Shown: in pieces, positions 25,525-37,990 of the stretch
How the letters are laid out: each line of letters begins with the position of its first letter
Numbering within the stretch: position 1 is the first letter of the stretch
From: Octopus sinensis
Taxonomy: Eukaryota
Length of the DNA stretch: 64,000 bases
Assembly (NCBI RefSeq): GCF_006345805.1
Contig: NW_021832258.1
Location: 340-64,339 of the forward strand
Reading direction: 5' to 3'
Program-made: the position numbers and the translations under genes
The notes under the pieces: generated by a model
Databases searched by the model: none
What the model was told of the DNA's origin: nothing
Seen by the model: the letters and a program-made list of their open reading frames with translations, nothing else

Positions 25525-25800
25525 AAGGCGCATGGCTTAGTGGTTATGACGTAGCACTCACGATCACTACATCATCAAGGACACGATTACCGGATCGGGT
25601 GACGTATAATGTGCTTGAGAAAAACGCTTCATTTCGCGTTGATTCTGTCCATTCAGCTCTAAATTGGCAACCCTGCGACGAGATACCCTTCCGGTCAGAG
25701 GGAAAGTTTGTGTGCTCGCCTAGCCAGACAGGGTGTCGCCATTCGATAGCTAAGACAATGCCAAGCACATTCTGACCAGCGATGTAAAATAACATCCGGT
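25525..25800 (+). mobile_element. tRNA-headed SINE (degraded)
   Basis: GGCGCATGGCTTAGTGGTTATGACGTAGCACTCACGATC head following (TG)n. Related heads at ~21630, ~54885 and 63935. Confidence 0.65.
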
Positions 25801-26169
25801 TTGTATATATATATATATATATATATATACAGAGAGAGACTGAGAGAGAGAGAGAGAGAGGGAAAGAGAGAGAGAAAAGTGAAAATGGAGACAAACGTTC
25901 AAGATATGACTAAATCCTTTATATCTTCATATCATCGACATGTTTCCATGGATGCATTCAAAATAAATCCGACAGGATGAATAATGTGGAGCAATGCATC
26001 AATCATATCAGGAAGGATATGAACAACAGTGTGCATCAGACATTTTAACAGATGTAAAAGACTCCAATATGTGTGACGTATATATATATATAATCAAAAT
26101 AAGCAACAAAGATATCCAGAAGTAATGCAGTACGATCGTTTCATGCGACTCCATTTAATTGGACAATGC

Positions 26170-27150
26170 AAATATTACATCAGTTTTAAAATGTATCCCC
26201 GCATAACAACTATATTCTTAAAGGTAATAGAATATCTTTTAATAACTGTAATAACATTAATAATATTAACGATAATCTCTCTTTGAATAATAATATCAAT
26301 GATATTAGTCCTTGCAAATGTGGCTCGAATAAAACTTGCATCCTCAATGGAAACTGCCGTATTAAAAATGTTGTTTACCAATGCAAAATTACCACTAATC
26401 TAAAGAATTCTTTTATATTGGATTGTCTTCTACGGAGTTGAAAATCCGTATCGCGAATCATCTTTCAACTTTTAAATACAGTCATAAGCGTAATTCTACA
26501 GGAGTTAGTAAGCTAATTTGCCAGCTTAAAGACTCTAACGGACATTTTTCTTTAAATTGGAAAATTTTATCCAGATCATTTCCTTATGACAAATGGAAAT
26601 CTTTCTGTCCTCTTTTGTACAGACGAACATCTATCCTCTTTTCTAAGCATAAACTGGTCAACACCTTTAATGAACGTGTTTTCAGGCATTTGCATTGTAA
26701 AAAACACTATTTTGCTATTTTTCAATAATATCTACCCCTCACCTAATAATAATTTCTGCAACTTATCTTTATTTTTAATCTTAATGCCCATACCCACTAT
26801 TCTTCCCTTCATCTTTCCTTTCCATCTATCATCTATTCTCTATTTGCTCATACCTCCTTTCTCTTTTAACTGTCGTTCTTTCGTGCCCTCTTTCTTCCTC
26901 TATACCTTCTGTTCTTCCCTCTTCCTACGACGTCTATTTCCTCAACGGCATTTAAAAATTACTAGCGTTCTCTTCACACCTTCGTCTGACAGTTTAAATT
27001 GAGAAACTGTCCGACGAACGAGAACATAAAACTCTGAGTAGCAGTTTTCGGTGATATTTTTGTGACGTCTTTGCAGCTTTAATAACAATAAAGCATATTA
27101 CTCTACGTCCGGTATTCGAGTACTATTTCCCACCTCGATTCACATTTATT
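26170..27150 (+). mobile_element. Penelope-like element 3' fragment (GIY-YIG and 3' end)
   Basis: PCKCGSNKTCILNGNCRIKNVVYQCKI...YIGLSSTELKIRIANHLSTFKYSHKRNSTGVSKLICQLKD...LNWKILSRS (ORF 26423-26728). Confidence 0.85.
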
Positions 27151-27335
27151 TGGTTACTTAGCTATATATACACATGCACGCACGCACACACACACACATA
27201 CGCACACACACACACACATACACACACAGACAGACATATATATATCAAATAGCTATCTATATCTATCTATCTATGTATCTATCTATGTATCTGTCTATGT
27301 ATCTATCTTTCTATGTATGTATGTAAGTATGTTTG

Positions 27336-27405
<70 letters not shown>

Positions 27406-27430
27406 ACTATCTATCTATCTATCTACCTAC

Positions 27431-27513
<83 letters not shown>

Positions 27514-27514
27514 C

Positions 27515-27545
<31 letters not shown>

Positions 27546-28484
27546 TATATATATATTATATATATAGATATGCGTTTAATAGGGTGGGTATGTAACCTGG
27601 CATTCGAACGTTGGTTTCATACTTTTACAAAGTTATGAATTATCGCTTATCCATCTCTTGTGAGTACTCACAAATCTCTTCATATCTTCATGAAATCTAA
27701 ATTTTAACGTAGTCACAACTAGATTCATAGCAGATTTAATAAGCATGCGCACGCTGTTATACGTATGAAATTGCATTGCAAAAACGATATTCTAAATTTA
27801 CTCAGGGCTCATGCTTGGTGAATTAAATAGAAAAGCTTCTGATTGGCTTGGTTGCCATAATGATCAAAGATAGCTTATAGATGACCCGAGGACATTATCC
27901 CATCAGTTGATCTGTATTCACTGCTGCTGTGCATGTTTCAGAATAGTTTATATTGCAATTTTGAGAAAAATTTATCAATGTTATTTTAGGTTCTATGATC
28001 GAACGATAAGATAACGTCTTGAATTGACTGGAGAGAGAAATCGAATGTTTTTCCAGGGTATTTATGCTTCAACATTATCAGACAACCAGCACCAGCACCA
28101 ACATCACCGCTTGTTGCGGCATCTACACGAGCAGAGGCGGCAGTGGCACACTACCACCACCACCACCACTACTACACTCACCATCATCATCAACACTACC
28201 ACCATCATCACCACCACTAAAACAGCTGCCACCTCTAAAACAACCACACAGACACACACACACACACACACACAGAGATATATACAAATAGATAGACACA
28301 AACTCACATATATACATGCACCTGTGTGCACACATATATGAACACATGCACATATACATACACATGTATATATGTGTGTGTATACAAGTGCATATACACA
28401 CATATATATATATAAATATATATATATACATATATGAACACATACACATATACATACACGCATATATATATGTGTGTATGCATA

Positions 28485-28544
<60 letters not shown>

Positions 28545-28561
28545 CATCTATTTATCTATCT

Positions 28562-28603
<42 letters not shown>

Positions 28604-29219
28604 GATTTACATGTGTGTTTTGTAGTATTCGGGATTGTGTAATCAAGATTTGAAATAGATATTCTTGAACACTGCTATTCAAAACAAAGGCCCTGATTGT
28701 ATTTCATTTCTATTCTAATGAATTATTATATATCAATTTCAGAATTATATATTGACCGAATGAACACATTTATGAATTGTCTTCTAAATGTACTTTTGAC
28801 ATAACCTGTAACCTTATCAATTATGATACGCTTAGGTTACGTCCCTTTATGTTTTGAAACATCCCAGAGACTAGTAATTCGGTGATTTCCATCCTCCAAT
28901 GCAAAACTATACTCTTTATTCACGTATGTCCAGAGGCATATAAATTACTCTTCCACTCTTGGAAGGTTATTTAATATGAAATCGTTCTTTAACATGAATT
29001 GGCTGTTATGAGAGTAAATTTATTCCGTACAGACCAATAGTTCGCTGCTTTGGTATGCTAGCTGGGACTGAGTCAACCGATTGATAAGACTGATGCTGAA
29101 AGCCACAAAATTACCTATAACTCTTCCAGAAACATGACTAATGATAGACCCCAGAGTGTTTTTAAGATGTGTCCTGAAAAAGAAAAGCCCCAAACAAACT
29201 TATATATATATATTATATA

Positions 29220-29252
<33 letters not shown>

Positions 29253-29332
29253 ATAATAAATATTAGGGAATGAATCCAAAATTACAGGGAAAAATCAGAT
29301 TTAGGGTTAAATCCAATTTTATAGTAAAATAT

Positions 29333-29590
29333 TATATAATATAATTCGAGACAAAACCACTATTTTAAAACCAAACAAGGAAAGACTTAATCAATACATA
29401 AAATTTTAATATAAATTAAATAAACCGCCACTACAAATGTTTCATGTCTGCTCCGACAATCTTCAGGTGGATTTTCGATCTTCTAATCAGTATCAAAGTT
29501 TATTTAATTTATATTAAAATTTTATGTATTGATTAAGTCTTTCCTTGTTTGGTTTTAAAATAGTGGTTTTGTCTCGAATTATATTATATA
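29333..29590. repeat. 92-bp perfect inverted repeat with 74-bp spacer
   Basis: Arms 29333-29424 and 29499-29590 are reverse complements. Confidence 0.9.
29428..29470 (-). ncRNA. hammerhead ribozyme motif in the fold-back spacer
   Basis: CCAC CUGAAGA U UGUC GGAGCA GACA U GAAAC AUUUGUA GUGG: stem I CCAC/GUGG, stem II UGUC/GACA, stem III ACA/UGU, GUA triplet. Confidence 0.65.
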
Positions 29591-29629
29591 TATATATATA
29601 TATATATTCATATATTCTTTTATTCTTTT

Positions 29630-29930
29630 ATTTGTTTCAGTTATTTTACTACTGCAGCCATGCTGGAGCCCTGCCTTAAAGGGTTTTAGTCGACGAAATT
29701 GACCTCAGGACATATTTGTATGTCTAATTCCTATTGTATCGGGCTCTTTGCCGAACCACTAAGTTACGGGGACGTAAACACACTACACACGCACACAAAC
29801 ACAAACAGACACACACTTTGGTCAGTCCGAGGCTATGAAAGAAGACACTTTCCCAAGGTGCCACGCATTGGGACTGAACCCTGAACAATGTCGTTGGGAA
29901 GCAACCTTCTTACCACACAACCACAGATAG
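29630..29930 (-). mobile_element. tRNA/CORE-like SINE
   Basis: Family tail ACTGCAGCCATGCTGGAGC..., with head reverse complement CACTTTCCCAAGGTGCCACGCATTGGGACTGAACCC. Confidence 0.8.
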
Positions 29931-30032
29931 AAAAGCGTGTTGTGTGTGTGTGTAGTTATATATGAATATATATACGTATATTTGAATGTATGCATATATG
30001 TAATATATGTATATGTGCATATGTGCATATGC

Positions 30033-30064
<32 letters not shown>

Positions 30065-30074
30065 TATATATATA

Positions 30075-30117
<43 letters not shown>

Positions 30118-30302
30118 AATATACGTGTTTATGTATGCAGAGAACGGTTACAGTTTAGGAAAACTGAGGAATTGTTTAGTTCACGCAAGATATAAAACCA
30201 ATATGACAGATGCCATAACCATTTATATTATGTAATGAGGTCCAGTTATATTGCAGTGTAAAGACTGGAGCGGATTTAGCGAGACTTTTACGTTACATAC
30301 AA

Positions 30303-30371
<69 letters not shown>

Positions 30372-30635
30372 TGCGTGTGTGTGTGTGCATGTGTATATAA
30401 GAATATATGTGTATATGTATAATTGAGCATAAGCTTGTATTTATGTAGGCATGAGCTTTTGTTTTGCAGAATATTGATCTTCATATTTTTTTTTTTTTAG
30501 CTAGAAGCCTTTTTAGCCAGAAACCCAGCTGTTTATTTTAACTGACATGGTTTTATATTCCCTAAGAAATTCAACATTTACATTACCTACATTATTTACA
30601 TTTGACGGATATTTGTCCTTATTTTGTTTGTTGTT

Positions 30636-30681
30636 CACACAACGCTTCAGCTGATATACCCTCCAGCCTTCATCAGGTGTC
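30636..30681 (-). ncRNA. hammerhead motif, second copy of the 3177 family (element ~30570-30730)
   Basis: GACAC CUGAUGA A GGCU GGAGGGUAUAUC AGCU GAAGC GUU GUGUG, with GAAA mutated to GAAG. Confidence 0.65.
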
Positions 30682-30824
30682 TTGGGGAATTTCGAACTTG
30701 GGTTTTCATTCCTAAATATAGAACTGTAATTAAACATTTGTCAGTAAAATTCTGCAAATCAGTTTCACTTGAACAAGTAACCTTTCTGACATTGACATTG
30801 CTTCGCTTTTGTTCTCTTTTTAAG

Positions 30825-30995
30825 GCGGCGATCCGGAAAAATCGTTACCGGTATTTCGTGTACCTTTTAAGTTCTGAGTTCAAATTCCACTGAGGTCGAT
30901 TTTGCCTTCCATCCTTTCGGAGTCGATGAAATAAGTACCAGTTACGCACTTTAGTCGATGTAATCGACTTATTCCTTCTCTTAAAATGTCAGGCC
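30825..30995 (+). mobile_element. SINE (GGCGGCGAGCTGGC family)
   Basis: GAGTTCAAATTCCACTGAGGTCGATTTTGCCTTCCATCCTTTCGGAGTCGATGAAATAAGTACCAG core. Confidence 0.8.
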
Positions 30996-31030
30996 TTGTG
31001 CTTACAGTAGAAAATATAATTTTCATTCTT

Positions 31031-31311
31031 ATTGAGTTAGAGAGCAGTGCATGCCATCAAAGTGACGCTTGGGTAAAATATACGAAGCCCAGTATACCCA
31101 TCATGACTACCCGTCTGATAAGTATACACCAGGTACATGCATCACAACCATATGTGCGTAACATGGTGATCTCAAATCAAGGTAAACAGCTCATGACCTT
31201 GCTGGTAGAGCCCAGTAAGAATTTTCTTCAGGGCGTGTAACCCATCCTGCTCAAAAGGTCTCTGAATACGGGTTTTTTAAGGATGTTGAACAAAACACCC
31301 ATGCTTCCAGA
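31031..31311 (-). mobile_element. (AAT)n-associated element, partial copy 3
   Basis: Reverse complement of the 3' half of 4128-4687. Confidence 0.75.
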
Positions 31312-31379
31312 TCGGTCTTTGATTTTCACGAAATTATTCGGTGATCTTCACAAACGATTGTTTTATAGTGCAGGTCTTT

Positions 31380-31745
31380 TATCTTTTGCTTGTTTCTGTC
31401 ATTAGTCTGCGGCCATGCTGGGGCACAACCTTGAAGAATTCTTTAGTCGAATGAATCGGTTCTAGTACTTAGTTTTTTTAAAGAGCTTGGTAGTTATTGT
31501 CTGTCTCGTTTTGACGAATTGCCAAGTTTTGAGGACGTAAACACACCGACACCGGTTGTCAAGCGATTGTGGAGGGACAAACATGACACACACGCAACAC
31601 ACACACAACACACACACACACACACAGATATATGCATTCAAGTATACATCTACAACAGAAGACATTAATCGAAGCTGCCACGTAGTGGGAATGAACCTGG
31701 AACCGTGTGGTTGAAGAGCAACCTTCGTAGCACACAGCCACACCT
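31380..31745 (-). mobile_element. tRNA/CORE-like SINE
   Basis: Same tail and head as 29630-29930 and 48090-48545. Confidence 0.75.
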
Positions 31746-32262
31746 GGGGATATAGGTTTCACAGATTAGCCAAACACTTGCAAAAGATGGGGCATCTTTA
31801 CAACTGTTCAATTGTGGGTAATATCATTACGTGTTAGTCATTTTCTTCAATCTTTGATCCCCTCCATCGCCGACTGTTCAGATATGTATTTCTACAGCTA
31901 CACGCTTTGCCATTTTTACTACAAATGATATTATTTTGCACTGAATAATATTAATTGAATTTTTTCCTCACCAAAACAATATTCATGCATGAATAAATAA
32001 TATGTATATATATTAGATATATATTTTAATTTTCATTTCAATGTCCAAGTAAATATAAACTACGCTGCTGATAACTTCAGCAGTTGAAACCTATGCGTGC
32101 ATATGAATAAAACATTAAATAGATTAATTTTGTCATTATTTGTGTTCTTTGCCATTTTTACCATATGTTATAAAGAATGATAGCTATAAATCTTAAGAAA
32201 AAAGTATTGTTTTACCACATGCGGTGATATACATACATATGTATGTATGCATGTTTTCAGAC

Positions 32263-32348
<86 letters not shown>

Positions 32349-32352
<4 letters not shown>

Positions 32353-32670
32353 AATTAATATGTTACCATTATTCAATAGCCAAGATAAAACTCTGAGTTT
32401 CGGATGCCGAAGTAGAAACACACAACACCATCTCTTTGATCCCCTCCATCGCCGACTGTTCAGATATGTATTTTTACAGCTACACGCCATCAAAGTGACT
32501 TATGAATTACACCAAGAGAAGGTGTTGTGGATTTCCACTTCGGCATCCGAAACTCAGAGTTTTATCTTGGCTATTGAATAATGGTAACATATTAATTTAC
32601 AGGTAAATTTCCTCTATTTACATAATATTGAGGTCTTTTTCTTTCTTTTGTTATCTTACCGTTTTTACCA
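32349..32670. repeat. fold-back with 65-bp perfect arms between two (TA)n tracts
   Basis: 32349-32413 is the reverse complement of 32537-32601. The spacer contains a copy of 31851-31905. Confidence 0.85.
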
Positions 32671-32681
32671 ATATATATATA

Positions 32682-32742
<61 letters not shown>

Positions 32743-33009
32743 TATATATATAAAGTCGTCCATGGTAAACAGAAGGCAGTAGGACTAGCTCACCGTGAAC
32801 AATGGATATAGCGGGACCAGACGCTCGAGCACCGCCTGACCGGGAGGAAACTCGGAAGTACTGACCAGAGAAAATTTTACTTTCTTCAGTCTGCTAACAC
32901 TGACCTCTGGCGGAGAATTACTAATTACTAACTCGCTTCAGCTACCCCACCTTCTCCCTCCATGTTACATTTATCTTATTTGATTCACCATAACCCGCCT
33001 CTATTTTTC

Positions 33010-33425
33010 ATCTTTTGCTTGTTTCAGTTACTGGACTGCGGACATACTGGGTCACGGCCTTAAAGAACTTTAACCAAAAGAATAGCCCGGAGGCTTCATT
33101 TTTCTACCTATGCCTGGTACTTACTTTATCAGTCTCTTATGCTGAGCTGCTAAGTTACGTGGACGTAAACAAACCCAAACCAGTTGTCATGCGGTGGTGA
33201 TGGGGGGACAAATTCCAACACGATGATACACACACACACACGTACACACACATTTATATATACGACGAGCTTATTTCAATTTCTCCTCTACCAAATCCGT
33301 TTAAAATGCTTTGGTCAACCCAAAGCTATAATAAAAGACACTTGCCGAAGTTGCTTCGTAGTAAAAATGAACCCGAAACCGTGTGTTTGGAAAGCAAACT
33401 ATTTCATTCACAGCCAAGCCTGTAT
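33010..33425 (-). mobile_element. tRNA/CORE-like SINE
   Basis: Family tail and head present, with an internal (CA)n. Confidence 0.75.
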
Positions 33426-33946
33426 TTTTCTTATATTATTGAATTTAGATTTATAGATTTATAGACTCTCTTGCCTACTATGCTCTTTGCCAACGTCTTC
33501 TGATGAGGACAACAAGACTCTCAATGCGAGTCTCTCTAAATCTGCTCCAGTCTTTACACTGCAATATAACTGGACTTCATTACATAATATACGTGGTTAT
33601 GGCATCTGTCATTGTATCTATGAAACAGCTGTAGGTGAAAGAATTGATTACACCAGTTATTTGTAGTCACGGCATTATATGTAAGTATATTTACGTCTGG
33701 GTTCAGCCCCGCATCGGGATACCTTGGAAAAGTCTCTTCTACTATAGGCATGTGTCGGCCAAAGCATTGTGAGTGGATTTGGTTGACGGAAACTGAAAGG
33801 AGCCCGTCGATTCTTTATATGTATATATATATATATGCATATATGTATGTATATATACATATATGTATGTATGTATATATATAGACATATATTTATATAT
33901 ATATATACATATACATACATACATGCATACATACATACATACATAA

Positions 33947-33978
<32 letters not shown>

Positions 33979-33981
33979 CAT

Positions 33982-34686
33982 GTAAGTATTTCATTTATTT
34001 CCTACCGTATTTATCGCTGACGAGGAAAATAATTCTTATGAATTAACTCTGAAATTTGGACCGATGTGATAATAACGAAATTTTTTAGAAATTTCTGTCG
34101 GCTTACTTCGAAACGCATGCTTATAGTGATAAATTATATGGCTATTGACAATTTGTCTATTTCCGGCATATTTGGCATTAGAATGTTTTTCTTTTGCCCT
34201 TGTTTATAAGTTGTTTATAAATTTAACCTTTAAATGAATTTTTTCATATGCTGGACATTGATAGAATTTTTTTCGAAATATTTTATACTATATTAGATGT
34301 AAATTTAACAGTGTTCACTTCCGGACTCTCTCGCTCTATAAGAGTTTACAGTCCGTGTGCACGTATCTCGAGGTGTGCTGGAGAATTTCTATTTTGGATA
34401 AAATTGGGGTACTTAAGTGTGCTCATGACTTAGTACTTGCTTCTTCCATGCGTATAAGTAAATATTTCATTTATTTCTTACGCTATTTATCGCCTACGAG
34501 GAGAAAATTCTTATGAATTAACTCTGAAATTGTTACCGATGCAATAATAACGGAATTTTTTAGAAATTTCTGTCGGCTTACTTCGAAACGCATGCTTATA
34601 GTGATAAATTATATGGTTATTGAGGATTTGTCGATTTTCGGTATATTTGGCATTATAATTTTTTTCTTTTGCCCTTGTTTATAAGT

Positions 34687-34689
<3 letters not shown>
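33982..34689 (+). repeat. A-B-A' structure with ~232-bp direct repeats
   Basis: 33982-34214 aligns with 34458-34689 (shared GAAATTTCTGTCGGCTTACTTCGAAACGCATGCTTATAGTGATAAATTATATGG). Confidence 0.85.
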
Positions 34690-34755
<66 letters not shown>

Positions 34756-34760
34756 TAAAT

Positions 34761-35101
34761 GTTATTTGCCAACCTAATGAGGCTGTCCCGGTCGGGCCGA
34801 ATGCTGATGTTGTTTAGCTCCAGGAGACATGGTCTCCAGCTGGCTATACGACACACAATCTGTGCCCTTATATTTTCGAACAGGGCAGTTTAGCACTCCC
34901 ACCCCTTATAAAGCAGTATCTGTGGAAATAACACTGAAACCGTGCGGTCCAGAGATACTGCTTTCTCCTGGGTAGGGGTGGGGGCTAAACTCCCCTGTTC
35001 GAAAATGTAGGGACCTCGATAGCTGGAGACGATGTCTCTTGGGGCTAAACAACAGTAGCATTCGGCCCAACCGGGACAGCCGCATTAGGTTTGCAAATAA
35101 C
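34761..35101. mobile_element. fold-back MITE-like element (~340 bp)
   Basis: Three nested imperfect inverted repeats: outer ~80 bp GTTATTTGCCAACCTAATGAGGCTGTCCCGG.../...CCGGGACAGCCGCATTAGGTTTGCAAATAAC, middle ~40 bp, inner AAAGCAGTATCT/AGATACTGCTTT. Confidence 0.8.
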
Positions 35102-35160
35102 CTTCACTTCAATGTGCTGCTAATGAATATCTCCGTTGAGAGATTTAGGAACAATAATGT

Positions 35161-35195
<35 letters not shown>

Positions 35196-35197
35196 TA

Positions 35198-35269
<72 letters not shown>

Positions 35270-35275
<6 letters not shown>

Positions 35276-35431
35276 AGGCGTGGCTTTGAGGTTAGAAACT
35301 TGCTTCTCGACCATATGGTTCTGGGTTCAGTCCTACTTCATGAAATCTTGGGAAACTGTCTTCTAGCGTAGCCTTGGGTCGACCAAAGTCGTGTGAGAGG
35401 ATCTGGTAGACGGAAACTGAAATAAGCCCGT

Positions 35432-35491
<60 letters not shown>

Positions 35492-35760
35492 CGTGTGTGT
35501 GTGTGTGTGTATATGTATATGTATATATATTGTATATATTATATGTGTCAGTCTTTGTGTCTGTGTTTGTCCCTCTACCATAGCTAAATAACCGATGTTG
35601 GTGTGTTTAAGTCCCTATAACGCAGAAGTTCTGCAAAAGTTTCCGATAGAGTAAGCACTAGGCTTACAAAGGACAAATCGTGGGGGCGATTCCTTCGACT
35701 AAAATCCTTTAAGGCGGTACCCTAGCATGGCCGTAGTGAAATGACTGAAACAAGTAAAAG
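35270..35760 (+). mobile_element. tRNA/CORE-like SINE with expanded internal (TA)n/(TG)n
   Basis: Head GCAGGCGTGGCT...GGGTTCAGTCC, body GGTAGACGGAAACTGAA, tail AAATGACTGAAACAAGTAAAAGA. Confidence 0.8.
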
Positions 35761-35934
35761 AGTAAAAGAATAAAAAGAATAAAAGAATATGAGAAAAGAA
35801 GTTCGAAATGGAGAAAAAAAATATTAGAATTAATTTAGAGCCTAAAACATATCAATAGACTTCACCTGTTTTACAGTTGCCTTTCAAACGTGTATGCTAT
35901 ATGGGGTTGTGTGTCAATTTGCGTCTTTTGCGAA

Positions 35935-36500
35935 GGCGGCGAACTGGCAGGAACGTTAGCACGCCGGACGAAATGCTTAGCGGTATTTCGTCTGCCGCTA
36001 CGTACTGAGTTCAAATTCCGCCTAAGTCGACTTTGCCTTTTATCCTTTCGGGGTCGATTAAATAAGCATCCATTACGCACTGGGGTCGATAAAATCGACT
36101 TAATCCGTTTGTCTGTCCTTGTTTGTCCCCTCTGTGTTTAGCTCCTTGTGGGTAGTAAAGAAGTAGGTATTTCACCTGTCTTTACGTTCTGAGTTCAAAT
36201 TCCGCTGATGTCGACTTTGCCATTCTTCCTTTCGGGGTCGATTAAATAAGTACCAGTTACGCACTGTGGTCGATAAAATCGACTTAATCCATTTGTCCTC
36301 TCTGTGTCTAGCCCCTTGTGGTTAGTAAAGAAATAGGTATTTCGTTTATCTTTACGTTCTGAGTTCAAATTCCACCGAGATCGACTTGGTTTTCCTCTTT
36401 CGGGGTCGATAAATTAAGTACCAGTTGCGTACTGGAATCAATCTAATCGACTGGCGCCCCTCACCAAAAAGGTTTCGAGCCTTGTGCTTAGAGGAGAAAA
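35935..36500 (+). mobile_element. head-to-tail array of 3 SINE units
   Basis: GGTATTTC at 35982, 36166 and 36336 (periods 184 and 170). Confidence 0.9.
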
Positions 36501-36999
36501 GAAATTAATATCTTTTGTGGCCTTTGTTGTAAAAGAATGTTTGTTTTTAAAGACAGAGTGTGGCTGCGAACGCTTTCCGTTAACGTACAGATTGATTGGC
36601 CAACGTTTATGCGTTAATGACATGTGATACCAACACAAAGAACTAACGTAAACTCTTTCCTCCATTGAATATGTCATATGACGGTTAGAAAAGAGAGATA
36701 TGAATAGGCGATATCGGTTTTATTGTTTTATTCTTTTATGTCGAGAGTAATAAAGACGGAAAATTGACTTTAATTAAAAAAATAATTGTTTACAGAAAAT
36801 TTATATTGAGAGTTATTGTTTATTTTGTCGAAGAAAATATCTAATTAAGTAACTGTTCTTTTTAAATGTTAGATATTAAAATTGATATAATTTAATATAG
36901 TATAATGTAATAAATTTAATGTAGTATAATATGATAAATATAAAGTAATAAAATATTGTAAACGTAATATAATATAACGTTAATAATAATATTCATTTC

Positions 37000-37430
37000 A
37001 AATTTTGGCACAAGGCCAGCAATTTTGGGGGAGGTGCATGTCGGTTACATTGACCCCAGTGTTCAACTGGTGCTTATTTTATCGATCCCGAACAGGATGA
37101 AAAACTAAGTTGTCCTCGGAGGAATTTGAACTTAGAACGTAAGGTCTGAGGAAATGCCGCTAAACACTTTGCCCGACGTGCCAACGACTGCCAATGCGCC
37201 GCTTTAATACCAATAATCCTTTCTAATATTGGTACAAGGTCTGAAATTTTGGAGGAGGGGGTTAAGTCGATTACATCGACCCCAGTGACCAACTGGTACT
37301 TAATTTATCGACCTCAAAAGATTGACAGGGAAAGTCGACCTTGGCGGAATTTGAACTCAGAAAGTAGCGACGGGCGAAATACCGCAAGCATTTCGTCCAG
37401 CGTGCTAACGATTCTGCCAGCTCGCTGCCT
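37000..37430 (-). mobile_element. two adjacent SINE copies (GGCGGCGAGCTGGC family)
   Basis: Reverse complement core CTTAATTTATCGACC...AAAGTCGACCTTGGCGGAATTTGAACTCAGAA. Confidence 0.8.
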
Positions 37431-37689
37431 TTTTGTTTAATATTAATAATAATATTATCAATTAGTTCAAGTTCACTCTCGTTGAGCTTGTTGAAAATCA
37501 TATCCTAAATTTCTTTTCTTCCACTTTATCAATGTTTTGGCAATACCACAAATCAAACAAGAATAAATATGGAAAATTCGTTTATTAAAAAATTTCGATC
37601 CGCTGTTTAACAGGTAAAAAAGACCCACATCAGTAACGTATGATTCGGTTTGTACTATGAATCAAGTGTTATAGAAATATATCAAGTAT

Positions 37690-37990
37690 GTCTACTGGTT
37701 GTGAGACTTGGACACTGTCCGGGACCCTTTGAAGCTACATTAACTTCTTTGATACCACAATGCTTCGCAGGATTATCGGCTACCATTGGTCGGATTTTGT
37801 ATCCAGCCTAGAACTCTGTTCAGAAACTTGGATGCTCTCTGTTGCTTGTATGATTCGGGTATGCCTAATCAGAATGTGTGGCCATATTGCTCGATTTTCC
37901 GAGTTAGACCTCACTTTCCATATTCTCTTTAATGGGGCTGTGCTGACGGTTCGTGTTAGTCGACCACATTGTCAAGGCAGATAAAGAGGT
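37690..37990 (+). mobile_element. RTE-clade LINE RT C-terminal remnant
   Basis: YWL*DLD/GCETWTL region followed by FDTTMLRRIIGYHWSDFVS..LCSETWMLSVACMIR...MCGHIARF (ORF 37760-37984). Confidence 0.7.

Noticed and set aside
26970-27025. Hammerhead at the end of the 26170-27150 Penelope
   Set aside because: A UUCGUC/GACGAA stem and GAAAC are visible, but the CUGANGA core and stem II are too decayed to call.
32390-32560. Hammerhead in the 32349 fold-back (TTCGGCATCCGAAAC)
   Set aside because: A hairpin plus GAAAC is present, but there is no CUGANGA on either strand.
35935-36500. CRISPR-like regularly spaced repeats
   Set aside because: The whole 170-184-bp unit repeats with no unique spacers, there are no cas genes, and the context is eukaryotic.
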